64,000 nucleotides of DNA from Laetmonice hystrix (Eukaryota), in the NCBI GenBank assembly GCA_965235115.1, contig OZ249448.1, positions 3,658,001 through 3,722,000 on the forward strand, read 5' to 3'. Shown here piece by piece: positions 47,083-60,135 of the stretch. How positions within the stretch are numbered: the first letter of the stretch is position 1; each line of letters begins with the position of its first letter. The notes under the pieces were generated by a model. The model did no database searches. It saw only the letters and a program-made list of their open reading frames with translations, and was not told the DNA's origin. The translations under genes and the position numbers were made by a program.

Positions 47083-50000
47083 CTCTGACTCCACTCCTGG
47101 CAAACTGTCCTCAGATTCCTTAGGGTTATCTACACTTCCCTGTGATGTTGACTCGTCACTAGCTGTGCTGGACTCGGCCATTTGAAGATTAGGGGATGGT
47201 GACGTCTCGCTTGTTGAAACCACTCCTACTGCTTTAATCTGGTGCCTTGCCCGAGAGATTTTCATTGACAGGTCAATTCCCGTCGTATCTGCTGTTGCCG
47301 ACTTGCTGAGGTCAATGGCATCTGAGGTTACATGACTCGGAGGGGGATGGGAGCTTGAGGCAGACCCGTATTCTGGTAGGCCATCTTTCGTCAAGGCTGG
47401 AGATAGCTGACCCACCTGACTGTGTCGAGCTTGGGGTGGCGATATAGTGGGAACCTTGAGGATCACCCGAGGCGCTAACTTCCCCTCTGCGCCACTCTGT
47501 GAGGAAGGTGTCACTGAACTGCCACTACCGAGAGACCTCGCCAGTGGGGGCGATCCATAGGACTTGCCCTGGTGTGCCAGTGGTGGGGAGAGGACTGGAC
47601 GAGGCTGTAGTGCATAATGTGCCGGTGCTGGCGAACCATGACTGCCAGAATGTGCTGACAATGGAGAGCCCTGAGGGCTGTTTATGGACCTGGCCAGACC
47701 ACTGGTCCCTGGCGACACCTCAGAGGCACCCATGACAGTGATGCGGTCTGGGCTGACAATGATATGCAGTGGAGATTGTCCCCTTGGTGATAGCCCCTCA
47801 TTGGACTCATCAATGTTTTTACTGGAAAGCCACTGTTTCATACTCTGCCGGGAGTTCTCCAAGTCTGTCTGGTGAACGTCGTAATAATCTGGCTGTAACT
47901 TTAGGAGAACCGGTTCACCAGGATGTTTATTGGCATAGTGTTTCGACATTGCAGTACTGCTTTTGTAGAAAGCAATATCACAAAGAGGGCACTGGTAACA
48001 CTGGTCCTTTTTGTGCAGTCTATTTGCATGAAGTCTGATACTCTTGATGCAGTTACTGGCATACGTGCAGTGACGGCACTGGTAGTACGGATGATTTGGG
48101 TCGACGTTGTCCAGAAGTGGTATTCTTGGTCTCCTGGGAACTTTGGATCTCTTATATATACCATCTGATCCAACTGTCGTGGGCGAGTCTCTTGCTAAAG
48201 ATGAGACCGAGTGTTGGGACTCTGACAATGCAGGTGTGGTTTGACTCACGGTGTTCACCACACTTGTAGGAGCTAGTGTGGTTGCCAGGACTGAAGATGC
48301 AGTTGAACCCTTGGCAGCATTGACTTGAGCTGTGAGTGTGGTGGGGTTCAGCAGAGAGACAGCCTTCGAGGACAAGACAGGTGTCGGTTGTCCTTGTGAT
48401 GTTGGATGAACTGCTCTAGCTTCCCCACTTCCTGTAGCCTCTGTGGATTTCTGGGCCAAGTCACTCGGGGTGCTTCCTTGTGTCTGCACACTTTCCACCT
48501 GCTCAGTCACACTCTGATCTTTGTTGTTATCGAGGGTTGTATCTTTCTGGCCGCTGCTACTTTTAATGATGTGAGAAAGGAGAGAAGGGTGCTCCTGCCT
48601 ACTGTGGGCGATTAGCCCAGAACGTGTCCTGTAAAGTCCACCACAGTGTCCACAAGTAAAACTCACTGCATTGGAAGGCATCTGAGAACCTGTCTGCTGG
48701 ACCCTCTGTTCATTTCCTGATGTCTCAATATTTCCCACAGATTCCATTTCAACGTCTTGGCTAGACCTCTCCCCCTGAGAAGGTAGCTTTGTCTCCTGTC
48801 CCCGCAGAGGGTACTGTTTGAGAGGTGTAGTTTTGATATTCCCCTTCCTGCTCCCTCCCTGGATGGACTTGCGAGCAGTAAATGGAGACCGACTAAGGAC
48901 AGGCTTTGGCTGCGCCGCCTGGCCCACAGGAGACGTCGCTTGATTCACGTCCCCGTCAGACTTCCTAGGCATCCTATCTAAAACAGGAACAGGTTTCTTT
49001 GATTCTGGCATTACGAAGTTCAGGAAATGTTTTTCATAGTCTGACTTGGGTTCCAATTTCTGTCGCTTAGACATTGGGCCTTGAAGGATTCCGTCACTTG
49101 ACAATTTCTCTCCTCCCACAGTCATCTCCTCTTCCCGTGCACATTTTAAAGATATATTCATATCAAGTACTTCACTTTCTGCCAAGGCTTGGCCGTGCCC
49201 TAGACCTTCCTGACAAGCTGCATCCACAGATGTGTCGGAAGCAGTATTAGCAGTAGCTGTACTACTACTACCTAATTCCGCAGACAACGACGTGGATGAT
49301 CCCGACCGCTTCAGAAGGTCAAGACACTTAATGAAGTCGACCACCACAACATGACAAGGTTTACATTGTTCTACCATTGCACTTATATTTCCACGCATCG
49401 GCTGGTCGTCTGCATGTGTCATGGACAGAATGTCTTTGTTTGGCTTGCTCTGTTTTGCAAAGAGATACCATAGTCTGTTTTGTTTGCCACGTGTTTTCAT
49501 TTTGGTTGGTGAAGGAATTCGCCGTTTGATGACTAGTTTTTCCAGTCTTTCTTCACTGGCTGCCTTTGGTACTGCACATTCCCCTGGTTCTGAAATAGCA
49601 GATTCTTCCACTGGCACTGGTAGTTCTCGTATTTCAGGCTCATTTATGGTGACTTGTTTCTCTACCATTGGTTCTTTTCTGGCCAACAATGGATCCTGGT
49701 CCTGCAGATTTGGTTCATTCTCTGTTGTAACAATTGTAGGTTGGTCAGCATTACCACAGTCTGTCAATGATACTGCCTCCATAGCCATTACTTTCTTTTT
49801 CTTTGGCCTCTCTGTTTCATTAAGGAGCTCGATTTCACTTCTCCTCTTCTTTTTTCGACCCCTTGAATCACTAACGTTCAAGGTGTCCGCATCTGTCACA
49901 TGTTCTGAGACTTCTGTCGACGTTACACTAGTCAATGTTTTGATCGCTGAGCCTGCATCAGCCTGCGGTTTGCCACCATGTGTGCTGTGGGGATCTTTGC

Positions 50001-52278
50001 CTGATACATCGGGTGTGCTAAACAACACCTGCTTGTGACCTGCAGCTTGCTTCTCCTCCCCAGCTGGCTGTTTTTGCCAAGCCAGATGCTGTCCTGAGGA
50101 GACTGATTCCAATGCAAGAGTGTCATCCTCGGCTCCAGTTGGGGTCGTTGGGACACTAGAATCCCTTTCTGAGCTTGGTTTCCGCTTTAGTCTTAAGACA
50201 ATCTTCATTCCTTCTTTTATTTCTTTAGCGCACCATTCCCTGGTCTGTTCTCTGGAGGTCGGTGGATCTGATGATCCAATACACTTGGACGAATTTGCCT
50301 TCTTATCTCCACCCTCGATGTTAGAGTCAGGTACCTCAAATGATTGTTCCTTTTTACCATCCAAATCACTGGCACTGGGGCTTGAAGCAGAAGACTCTTG
50401 TTGGTCTTGTGTCATGGAAGGCTTGTCTACATCTTCGATCACTGCCTTTAACTGGGCCTGGAAAAGAAGGTCATCCTTGGAAAGAAAATCGTTGGATAAT
50501 TTTGCCATGGAAATTTTGTCACTAGTTTCAGTGTTTGTGAGGGACAATTCTTCAGGCAATTCCGATATTTTCACACTTTCGCCACTTGTACCAGAGAGAC
50601 AAACGTCCTCCACTTCTTCCTTCTTGCCTGCTGCGCCCTCATCTCGTTCATGGTGGACCTCCTTCAGTTTGACCGTGCCCAAATCTGTTCTTGCCAACAC
50701 ATTTGTATTGCTGTCCATGCTATCGTCCTGGGGGCTCAGCTGTGCAGCAGGAACTGCAGGGGTATCTGAGCCCTTTTCCTCAGGGTTTGCTCCATGTTCC
50801 ACATTAAGAACGCCTGGAGTCCATCTCTCTATTGTCTTTGTTTTCACTTCATCTAGGTTTTTCTCCACAAAAACATCTTCCGGGGAAACCTGGCCAGATG
50901 AGGAATTCTGCACCTCGGATTGAAGCTCACCTTTCTCACTCTGTGGCTGAAGGAAGGGCTCTGCCATTTTATCAGCACCTACTACTACCTCTAAGGCACT
51001 CTCCTCCCCTTCCACTTGACTCCCTTTGTCAGCTTCATAATTCGACTGTGACAAGGTTGCAGGCTCTTGCTCTACCATTGAGTGCATACCCTTCCCTGCC
51101 TCTGTATTGTCTTCATTCCCATTCATTACTTCCCCATCAGTTAGAGAAGGCACTACAGCTGCAGTACCTAACGTCTCTGAGCCTCCACTGCTAGAAGGCA
51201 ACCCTTTGCTCTCAGCTTTCATGTCAAAAGGTTCTGTTGCTATACTGTCCCCTCCCAAGGAGGCTCCTGCTGGGGCTGAAACCTTTCCAATGTTAGACTC
51301 CCCTTGATTATGTGAATCTCCAACTCCTTGCTCCTCCGAGCAGTCGTCCAGGACCTTAGACAACTGACCATTTCCTGTAAGTACTTCACTTTCCACAGTT
51401 ACCCCCACTGTCTTTTCCTCTAAGTTGCTCTCACTCGTGTCTTCCGTTTTTGTTTCCATGGAAATGCTTCCTGTATCCCCAAGATACGACGGGACCTCTT
51501 CTTTCTGTGTTGTACAAATACAAATCCCTCCAGCTTCTTCAACCTTATGAACAAATTCTTTCGCATCAACAATGTTTTCTGTTTTTTGAACCGACACTGC
51601 ATCATGCTCTGTTTTATAATCATTGGTTTCATTTAGGGATGGTTTCAACATGTTCTGACTCTCTGCAGTCACTCTAGATGACTCAGACTTTTTACCATCA
51701 ACTGTAGCATCTGGACCTCTCTGGAATTCGTCAACACCTTCTGACTTGATAACGTTATGCTGTTCAAAACTATCTGACTCTGGTTTATGCTTCGCCAAAA
51801 TTTCCATGCTTTCCCTAGGGGCTGGAGAATCTTTCACAGACAGCTCTGTCGAGTGAACATCCTGCGTGCTCTCTGTGACTGACGTTTGTTGGGTCCCCTG
51901 ACCAGAGACATCATCACTGTCATCATAGTCACCTTTCCTGTTGTCCACTGACTCAGGGCCTTCAATGGCGGCCAGAGGCGTAGTATCAAGTGTCCCGGAC
52001 TCCTCTAGAACAATATCAGTCTCTGCCTCATCCTTAACCATTGAGCTTACTTCCACATCATCCATTTCTAATTCTTCCGAGCCACCTGATTCTGCTACCT
52101 CTCTTGGAGCTCCTTTCTGTCGAAGTCTACTGATTCCCCCATGCAGGATGCGAGCCATCTGTCGAACCTTGCCTACAGCTTTACCAATTATCTGTCCTAC
52201 AGCTGCTGATACAGGGACGTCCTTGGTAGCGTAAGATGCGCCAACTCTAACCTTTTCCAGCACAATGACTGGCTTTTT
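47083..52278 (-). CDS. Giant C2H2 zinc-finger protein, 5,196-nt exon (three C2H2 fingers)
   Basis: TTTTCTTTGCTCCGCAG|AAA acceptor and GAG|GTAAGA donor, phase 0-0, 1,732 open codons. Fingers FTCGHC, YQCRHC and YQCPLC. Confidence 0.9.
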
Positions 52279-52507
52279 CTGCGGAGCAAAGAAAAACTGC
52301 TTAGTGGACACCACAAATTGACAACCTGCACTTGGTTAATTACCTTAAACAAAATAATGCATTCAATTACTATTACGTAAGAAAGGCAACGGAGAGTACT
52401 AACTATTCAGTAAGTTAACTGGAAAATAACTGGAAAATCCCTGAAGCTTTCACTCAGGACTGCCCTTATTTTGGACCTTCTTAACAAGAGTTCTAACTGG
52501 CACTTAC

Positions 52508-52578
52508 CATTGATGTCTTGGAAGGACTCCCAGGCTTTTCAACCTGCATGGTGGACTCTAATACTTCTGTGGGCGATT
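52508..52578 (-). CDS. Giant zinc-finger protein, 71-nt exon (ESPTEVLESTMQVEKPGSPSKTSM)
   Basis: TTTTACAG|AA acceptor and ATG|GTAAGT donor. Phase 1-0 exactly bridges the neighbouring exons. Confidence 0.85.
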
Positions 52579-52875
52579 CTGTAAAACAGATGTGCACAAC
52601 TGTATTATAACAAACCATTTCTTTGGCTTCTCTAGAAACCATTAAGGTCAAAGTTCCTAAAGAGAGACTGTCAAGAGTCATTACACGGTCTACACCCTGT
52701 TGGCACCTGTTGGCCATTTTAGCGAAAACACAACTATCTTGCTGGTACTGATGACATTAACTGATAGTAAACCAATAAATCTTTATGTCGGATTTTACAA
52801 GCTATAGCTCATCTTGAACACACATATTAAAAGACACAATTTTATTTACAGCCAAGACACATTACCAGTATTTAC

Positions 52876-53997
52876 CTTCTAGATTTCTGCTGTCAGCACT
52901 ACCTTGGGCTGCCCTTGGGGCGACTGTGCCATCAGAATCACTGCCTGCTTCTTCTTTTACATGAAGGGCCTGGACACCAGCCTGTCTCGCACCACGGGCT
53001 CTACCTAGCCACCATCCTCGACCTCGCCCTCGGCCCCGTCTGCGTCCAGGTCTTCGCCCACGCCCACGCCCACGCCCAAAGCTTGGCAACTGTTCGCCAT
53101 CTATGTCATTCCGGGCACAGCCAATAGAAGAATCCAAAGGAGTTTCTGAAACTTCCCCATCATCCTTCAACGCGATTTCTTCCTTAGAGTTGAGCATTTT
53201 GCTACCTTGCACTGTGTTTTCCGACCCCTTTTTAGCAGGAGGTTTGATGGCCCCAGGGAAGTGTTTACGAGGTCTTCCTACTGGTCTTCGTGGACGTTCT
53301 GTGTTACGCTCAACAATGCTTTCATCAGTCGATGCTGGTGCCACATTTGTGTCATTTCCATCTTTCTGGGTAAAGGGGTTCTCCACCAAAGGAGACTTGC
53401 TTATTCTTTTTCCTTGTCTTGTTCGAATTCCTGACTGTGATTCTTCAGTTTCACTCCCAACACTCTGCTTATCTATATCCACTGCTTCGTTGGCACTGTG
53501 CTCAACTCTTCCCAAAGATTTTCGCAGTGCACCCCTCCGGGGCAAAGTTCTCCTTTCTGGGTTAACAGTTTCGGGCTCACTTGCAGTTGTACTTCCCTCA
53601 GTGTCAGTTTCAACTTCAGAAACCTCACTGTTTTCACAGTCTCCTCGTTCCAATGCTGTCCGGTGTACTCGATGTCGCGTTCCTCGTGTGTGCTTCACAT
53701 TGAAGACCTTACCTCGGCCAGGTTTTGTTGCAAGGCCAATCTTCCGTGGTTGAATTCCAGATCCTGCTCTCATACGTAGTCTCATGGGCACTGCTGAGAG
53801 CTCCCCAGAGTCAGACCGTAAAGAGTTAAGCTCACGGCTCATTTTACTACGCCTTGGGTCTCTCTGTGATGACATAGTGTCATTATCAGTAGCCTTTTCA
53901 CATGTACCTCTGGAATCTGAAGAATCAAGGCCTGTAATTTTCCGATCCTGAGCCTTTTCTGTGGGTTGACCTTCACTGCTTGTGGAGCCAACGGCGG
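52876..53997 (-). CDS. Giant zinc-finger protein, 1,122-nt exon (AT-hook RRPVGRPRK; RG-rich tract)
   Basis: ATTGCAG|CC acceptor and GAAG|GTAAAT donor. Phase 1-1. Confidence 0.88.
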
Positions 53998-54727
53998 CTG
54001 CAATACGATGCAATTTGGAAAGGATTACTTACAGATTGCAGAGTAAATCACAATTGCATTGTGTGCAGACCCTTTTGTTTTTGGTAAACCCAATTTGTTT
54101 TTTCTCTAGTTTGTTGTATTTGATTTGAGAATATTGGATTATATATTATGACAATAGGCGATTTACTTAGGTGACTATGAGCATGTAACAATGAACTACA
54201 CTAGTTCTAATTCTCAAACACGTACAACTCATTATGTGCACGTTTAAAAGACAGTTGTTGATACACAGACATAAAAAACTACCCAAAAGGGCTCGCTTAT
54301 AGTTTAAAACTTGCATTAGGCAGGTAGGAAAAGTTCTCAATATATCGCAAGTGGGTGGTCAAAAGACAAAACAGCATCTGTGAAGTTTTCTTTTGATACT
54401 CAGCTATAGCACAAAACAAATTCAAAGATGGCTGTATTATCAATCTTATCTTTTTGCAAGGGATCTTGAAGCCACGGGAACTATTTGGTTCTTAAACCTA
54501 TGTAGCTGAGAGTATGCATATGTAGTAAGCCTTGACATGAAAGATTTCATGAGGAAATGCATATCTTCCTATTATGTATTTTAAAAACATCGCTGGGAAG
54601 AAAACTCCCAGTGTATCTCATGTCTAAAGGTGTGGAATACAGACGAATTTACTCAGTTATACAACCACAGTTCCCATTGCAAATCCTTTTTCATTATTTT
54701 TCGGAGCTCTCTAACAAAAATGTTAAT

Positions 54728-55004
54728 CAGGGTGACCACACAAATTTCATTTTCAAATTCCCTGTGTTTGCTATTCCCCTTCAAAGATTTTCACTGTGCA
54801 CAGACATACCTGCTCCTTTTTGAAAAAAAAAATCAGTGTTTTAGTCAAAATAATATTGCGCCCATGCAAATTGCAATTATCTGAATGCACCACTAGATGT
54901 CAAAGGGCTCGTCTGAATTTTTTGTTAGTTGTCATTTCCTCCCCCCCCCCTGCGTTTTGGCGATTTTGATAAATTCCCTGTTTCCCTGTGCTGTGGTCAC
55001 CCTG
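54728..55004. mobile_element. 277-bp intronic MITE with 6-bp TSD (hAT6-like)
   Basis: 13-bp TIR CAGGGTGACCACA. GTTAAT flanks both sides (54722-54727, 55005-55010). Subterminal TTCCCTG repeats. Confidence 0.75.
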
Positions 55005-55950
55005 GTTAATGCGTGACCTACTTTACATCCCTTTCAGGAAGAGTTTGGCAAGAAGTGAGACAAAACAGCTGCATGCATACCACTACAAACGCCAGTTAAC
55101 CTACCGGTACATTACACAACAAAGAAACCATGGAACAGTCTCCTCTAGGAAATCTAGATGCTAATGAGTAATTTCTAATGTATGGAGAAGGACTCAGTAG
55201 GATTCCGTGTTACAACTACATGTACAAACATTTTCACTTTCAGGCACCGTTTCCTGCTAGCTTTTCCCACACCCATGCCAGAAGAAAATGGAAAGAACAA
55301 TATCAAAGCATCCAACTTAACATTAGCCATTCCAGCGCTGAGCACTCCATTCCCAGTGTTGTTGAGGTTATAACGTTACTAAGAAAAATCCTTAAACCTT
55401 TTCCCCTGCAATATCTTCCTTACATATTCATGCAATCTAAAAGCGCTGGGCTTCTGAAGAAACCCAAATATTGGCACAAAGGAAACCGAATCCATCTATC
55501 ACCTGCCACCATAAATTGCGGTCCGGGTCATAATTCAGAAATTCTCTAAACTGGGGATTTCAAATTAAGAGAAAAAAGCTTCCCACCATAACTAGGTATT
55601 AGTTTCTTGAAAGGTTACTCTCTTCAAGTTTTAAAATGGAAACGTTAAAAATCGCCTCAGACCTTTTTGTCATATTTTTGAGGGGGAGGAGGAGAATATA
55701 CTTGCATCGCCACAATCTTGAAATCTGTGTGAATATCGCGGGGGGGGGGGGGGTCTTGATTATAGCTTGGGCTTCCGTCTGGTGTTGATGCTAGTGGTCT
55801 TTGGTGGGAAGCAAGCTAAGATTCTAGGTTATAACTCTGCATGCAGGAGATGTTGTTAAATGATTGCGACCACTGCTAGCACACAACAGTTGACATACAA
55901 TATTTAAGCAGATCCGCCAACACGACGGCCTTGCTGTCGGCTTTCTTTAC

Positions 55951-57313
55951 CTGTCCCTGAATCTGCAGGACCATCATCTTTTGCCACATCTCCTTTTGCC
56001 TGGCTAGTTTTGGATGGTACGGCCGCGGCCTCTCTGGCCTGTGCCTCTTGGGCTGGGCCTATCTTGGGCTGGGCTGGGCCCACCCGTCGCTCTCTCAGCC
56101 TGCGTGGTTCAAACCTTTGGTTTGCCTTGTGGCTGCTGCTGGAACATTGCCTGTCGTGAACATGAGGAGGCTGCCCTACCTCCCCCGAGTCTGTGAGTTT
56201 GGGAGCAGGCACTATACTGGTCTCTGGGGTATCAACACTCTTCACGTGGCACTGGCTGACCCCTTTACTGAACTCACCCTGGGCATCACTTCTACTACCA
56301 CCACCACCCCCCACCGCTCCCTCTCTGGTAAACTGATCAAATACATTGCGCCACTCCCCTTTGGACACAGACCCCGCCGGATGGTCTCCAAGTCCCTTCG
56401 CTCCTTCACTACCTAATCCCTGAACATCCCTGTTAGTTCTACCTTTACATTGGTCACCTTCGCCTGGACCATCCACTTTCCTGAATTCTCCCATTCTGAG
56501 AGACAGTGTGGATTGTTTTATTTCCAGCATACCACGATCGTTGTTATTACCTGTTTGTCCTGCCGCAGATACTTCCTTGTTTTTGGCCCTAGAAGCAGCC
56601 CCAGTCCTACTGACCCTCACAGGTCGCAAGCCTAGCCTGACCACCTTCCCAGATGGAAGCTTCCCTTCAGCTTTGCGCACGCCTTCGACATTCTCATTTA
56701 ATAGTCTTTCCAGGGATGCTTTAGACAAACGAATAACACGTGTTCCACTTGAGCCAGTCTTACCTTTGCCAGAGTCTGGCTGGTTGACTGAGCTCTGCCC
56801 TGGGAGTGGGATTGGTTCCAAGCCTCGTGAAGACTTAGCCAACGTTGGGGTCAAAGGAGAGGAGGACGAGGCAACAGGGTTCCTCCCTTCCCGACTTCCA
56901 CCGGATGACTGGGCAAGGGAGGGGGCTAAGGCCTGTCCTTGGCCCCTTAATGTACGAGCGGGGGAGAAAACGTCTATGATTTCACAGTCATCATCGCCGC
57001 CTTCATCACTGTCATCATCATCATTGATTTGAATACATCCTCCATCATCAGTGCCACAATCATCCTTTGGGTGATCAATACCCACAAACAGAGAACCCTT
57101 AACAACTGCCGCACTCCCAACCACACCTGACTCATCACTCAGATCGACGTCAGGCTTGGCATAGTTGTGATCACCCTCAGGGCTAGAGGTACTGAAAAGC
57201 CTTGTCATTCTAGGGTCTTCACCTGCTGAGGTGGTGCTACTGTCGCCTCCTGTTTGCTCCAGGGTTGAATCCTCCAAGGCAGTGGCAGAGCTGCAGGGTT
57301 CCTTCCTTGTTAC
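55951..57313 (-). CDS. Giant zinc-finger protein, 1,363-nt exon (contains DHNY motif)
   Basis: CTCCTACAG|GTA acceptor and ACAG|GTAAAG donor. Phase 0-1. Confidence 0.85.
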
Positions 57314-57677
57314 CTGTAGGAGTAGAAAACATCACAATTAGGCATTTCTCATCTCAGTAGCAGACCCACTCCACGTAACAAAAAATGAAAACAACTTCAC
57401 TGAATAACAATTTTGGAATTTCAAATTGATCTTTCTGGGGGAACAATATCCAGGAAATGTGACAAATGAATCTGTGAATTCAATAAGGGTGCAAGTCTAC
57501 CTTCTTTCGAAAGTTATGTTTTGCATGATTTTGGCTCTTTCGGCAACAGTTTTAGTTTGTTAGGCCTTTCTTGAACTCATGGTGTAGAAAAGTTAAACTG
57601 TCTTATTGAGATCACTGAAAACTTGCTGCAATTACGTTTCCAAACTAACCTGACATAACTGACCATAATCGACATAC

Positions 57678-58546
57678 CTGAGTACTGGAGACAGTGTCCA
57701 GCTGATCATCCTGTGAGTGTTTGCTGCTCCCTTGATTCCTCCTTGTGGACAATGGCTTGCCTCGACCACGCGATTCTTGCTGTACTGTCGATTTTGGTGG
57801 ACTCTGAGAACTCCTGGTTACTGCCACAACCTCTTCCTCTTTGGTGCTGTGACCAGGAGTTCGAGTTCTGGACCCCACAGGTGATGGTGACCTTGTTCTT
57901 GGAGTCATATGGCTAACCTTTAAACTAATATTTTCAGATTCTTTGCTACGAAGGTTCACAACAGATGATGTGCTAACGTTGCTTTTTAATTGTGCTGCTA
58001 GAGACTGCTTTGGACTTGATGATTTAGACTGTGAAGGACTGCGAGAAAACAGCCTTGCCACAGGAGACTGTGACTGTGTGCTAGATTTGACTCGACTGGC
58101 AGACTGGACTGGGGTAGATGACCTTGGTCTTATTGTAATCTGAGATGTTGTCTCCTCTCGAGGCTGAGTCCTAGACATGGTATGCTGGGTAGCTGACCGG
58201 CTCAAGGCATGTGGAGACTGATTTTGACGCGAAGTCCTGTCTTCTGAACTACTATCACGCAGGTGCCGGGGAGAAGACCGGCTAGAAAAGGAGTCCGACC
58301 TCAGTTTTGCCCTAGCATCCCCCCTCCCTTGTCCCTGGGATGGTTGCCGTGATGCTTTGACACCCTGAGGTCGACTTCGAATTCCTCGTCCTCGTATTCT
58401 TGACACCCTGCCAGGGCTACTATGGCCCCTGTGTATGCTACCCAAGACAGGAGTGACGGCCAATGATGAGTCCTCAAACCCTGACTTATTATCTGGGTCT
58501 TGATGAATCCCATCATCCTGTGATCTGGTCACTCGAGATCTAAATC
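57678..58546 (-). CDS. Giant zinc-finger protein, 869-nt Ser/Arg-rich exon
   Basis: TTTTGCAG|GA acceptor and CAG|GTATGT donor. Phase 1-0. Confidence 0.85.
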
Positions 58547-58748
58547 CTGCAAAAGAAACAGTCATCAGTTTTACTTAAACCCTGGTGTTTTCCAACAACC
58601 GTCTGGGGCAACAGACAAGAGTGCCTTTCATCCCATCTTTTCTCATTAAATGTATACAATAGCAAGCAACTGCCAGTATAGCATCTGCATAATTATCTAA
58701 GGGTAGGCATGGACAATATGCATAAATTTACCACATCCGGTATGCTAC

Positions 58749-58863
58749 CTTTGCTCCTTTTGATTCCTCCCCGACTCTTAGTTGTCTTAGATTTTAGTGC
58801 TTGGACATAGTGCAGAGAACCTTCACTCCTCAAGGTACGATGAAGACTATGTCTTGTCTCCAT
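58749..58863 (-). CDS. Giant zinc-finger protein, 115-nt exon starting METRHSLHR
   Basis: TATTTCAG|ATG acceptor and AAAG|GTAGCA donor, phase 1. The seven exons sum to 11,790 nt (3,929 aa + stop). Confidence 0.75.
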
Positions 58864-59785
58864 CTGAAATAATAAATAATATTGATACATGTAATAGGTT
58901 TCTACTCACAAAACACACGATATCTAATAGATCAGGGTCGGCTGGGTAATAGTGCCCAGGAAAACCAGGACTGGACAATATCCCTAAAATCATCAACGTG
59001 GGTTATGCTATTTAAAACTGCCAACATTCATTTTCTAAGACTAATCATGCCTCCAATAAATGGGGGACATAAACTGTTAAATAAACATGTATGCCCTACT
59101 TTCAATGTGGAGGCTTCATCTTATCTCACTAGACAGGAAGTCTGGCACAGTTCATAATTTACAAGCAAGTCAGAGTAATATTTAATTTCTACACTATACA
59201 GTTAACTTTTTGGGGTTTTGGAGGTTTTTGTGTCTCCTGACATTGTATCAATATCTACTGTACAATGATATACAATCACACCAGACTCACGAGTTCTAAC
59301 TGTGTTGATTTAGTTGCAACGAGGACATTAATTCATACACTAAGTTTATAGTTTAACCTTTTTTTTCTTTTCTTCCTCTAGCTCTTGTCATGAAATTGTA
59401 AAAATTTAATATCCGCTGTTTAAAGCTATTTTGAATCCAATAATGAATGAAAAATAGCATCAAAACTTTAAATGTTTACTACTTTACTTGGACCTGAGAG
59501 AAAGAGAGAGTTGTCATAAGAACCAGGATTGACCAGAAACCCAGGAAAACCACCGATAAATCCAGGAATGGACTTGGCAATAATAAGCTTATTATATGGG
59601 CTTTATCCAACCTCCTTCGTATAGATTTCATCTATAATATGCAAAAAAAAACCTTCAATGACATGACATGAGTTTTTCCACTGCATCTGAATTTGCAAAG
59701 ATAATACCGATACATTTCCTGAAACCGAACTTCTGAATTTGAACCAAATTATGAGACCCCATTAAAAGCTTGACTATGACCTTAA

Positions 59786-60135
59786 CAGGAATAGAAAAGT
59801 TCAAACTATCAATATAAGGGTGTTCAGCATGAACAAGCTTGTTCTTACCTACAATTCTGTGATTATCTGATCTTTAATAAAGGAATAATCAACCGAAATG
59901 TAGAGACATTCTCCCGCTGGCTTCGTCTGTTTGTTTACCCTATTTGGCCCTTATCTCAATCTATTAATAGATATAGCTCCCGCTGTCTTGGGTGGGAAAT
60001 AGCGAATGACCCGGGTGGTATTTTTAAAAAGTCGCCGTTGACAGTGTTCCACTTATCGGTGTGACCTTAGACACTTTATAATTATGGTGTTACTGGTGTT
60101 CAAAGGTACGTTAGTGAGGAACATTTCTATTCCCT
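59786..60135. mobile_element. Kolobok-like non-autonomous element, copy 2 (inverted, internally shorter)
   Basis: TTAA at 59782-59785 and 60136-60139. TIR ~(A)GGAATAGAAA. Shares AAGTTCAAACTATCAATATAAGGGTGTTCAGCA and GGTGTTACTGGTGTTCAAAGGTACGTTA blocks with 18298-18793. Confidence 0.65.

Noticed and set aside
52325-52328. Alternative acceptor upstream of the 5.2-kb exon
   Set aside because: Poor pyrimidine tract and wrong phase (leads to a stop); 52278 fits.
44015-57032. Plus-strand ORFs of 100-270 aa opposite the zinc-finger exons (e.g. 44015-44638, 45948-46559, 49421-50038, 50120-50923, 53103-53753, 56508-57032)
   Set aside because: Antisense shadows of long coding exons; Ser/Leu-rich, with no domains or splice support.
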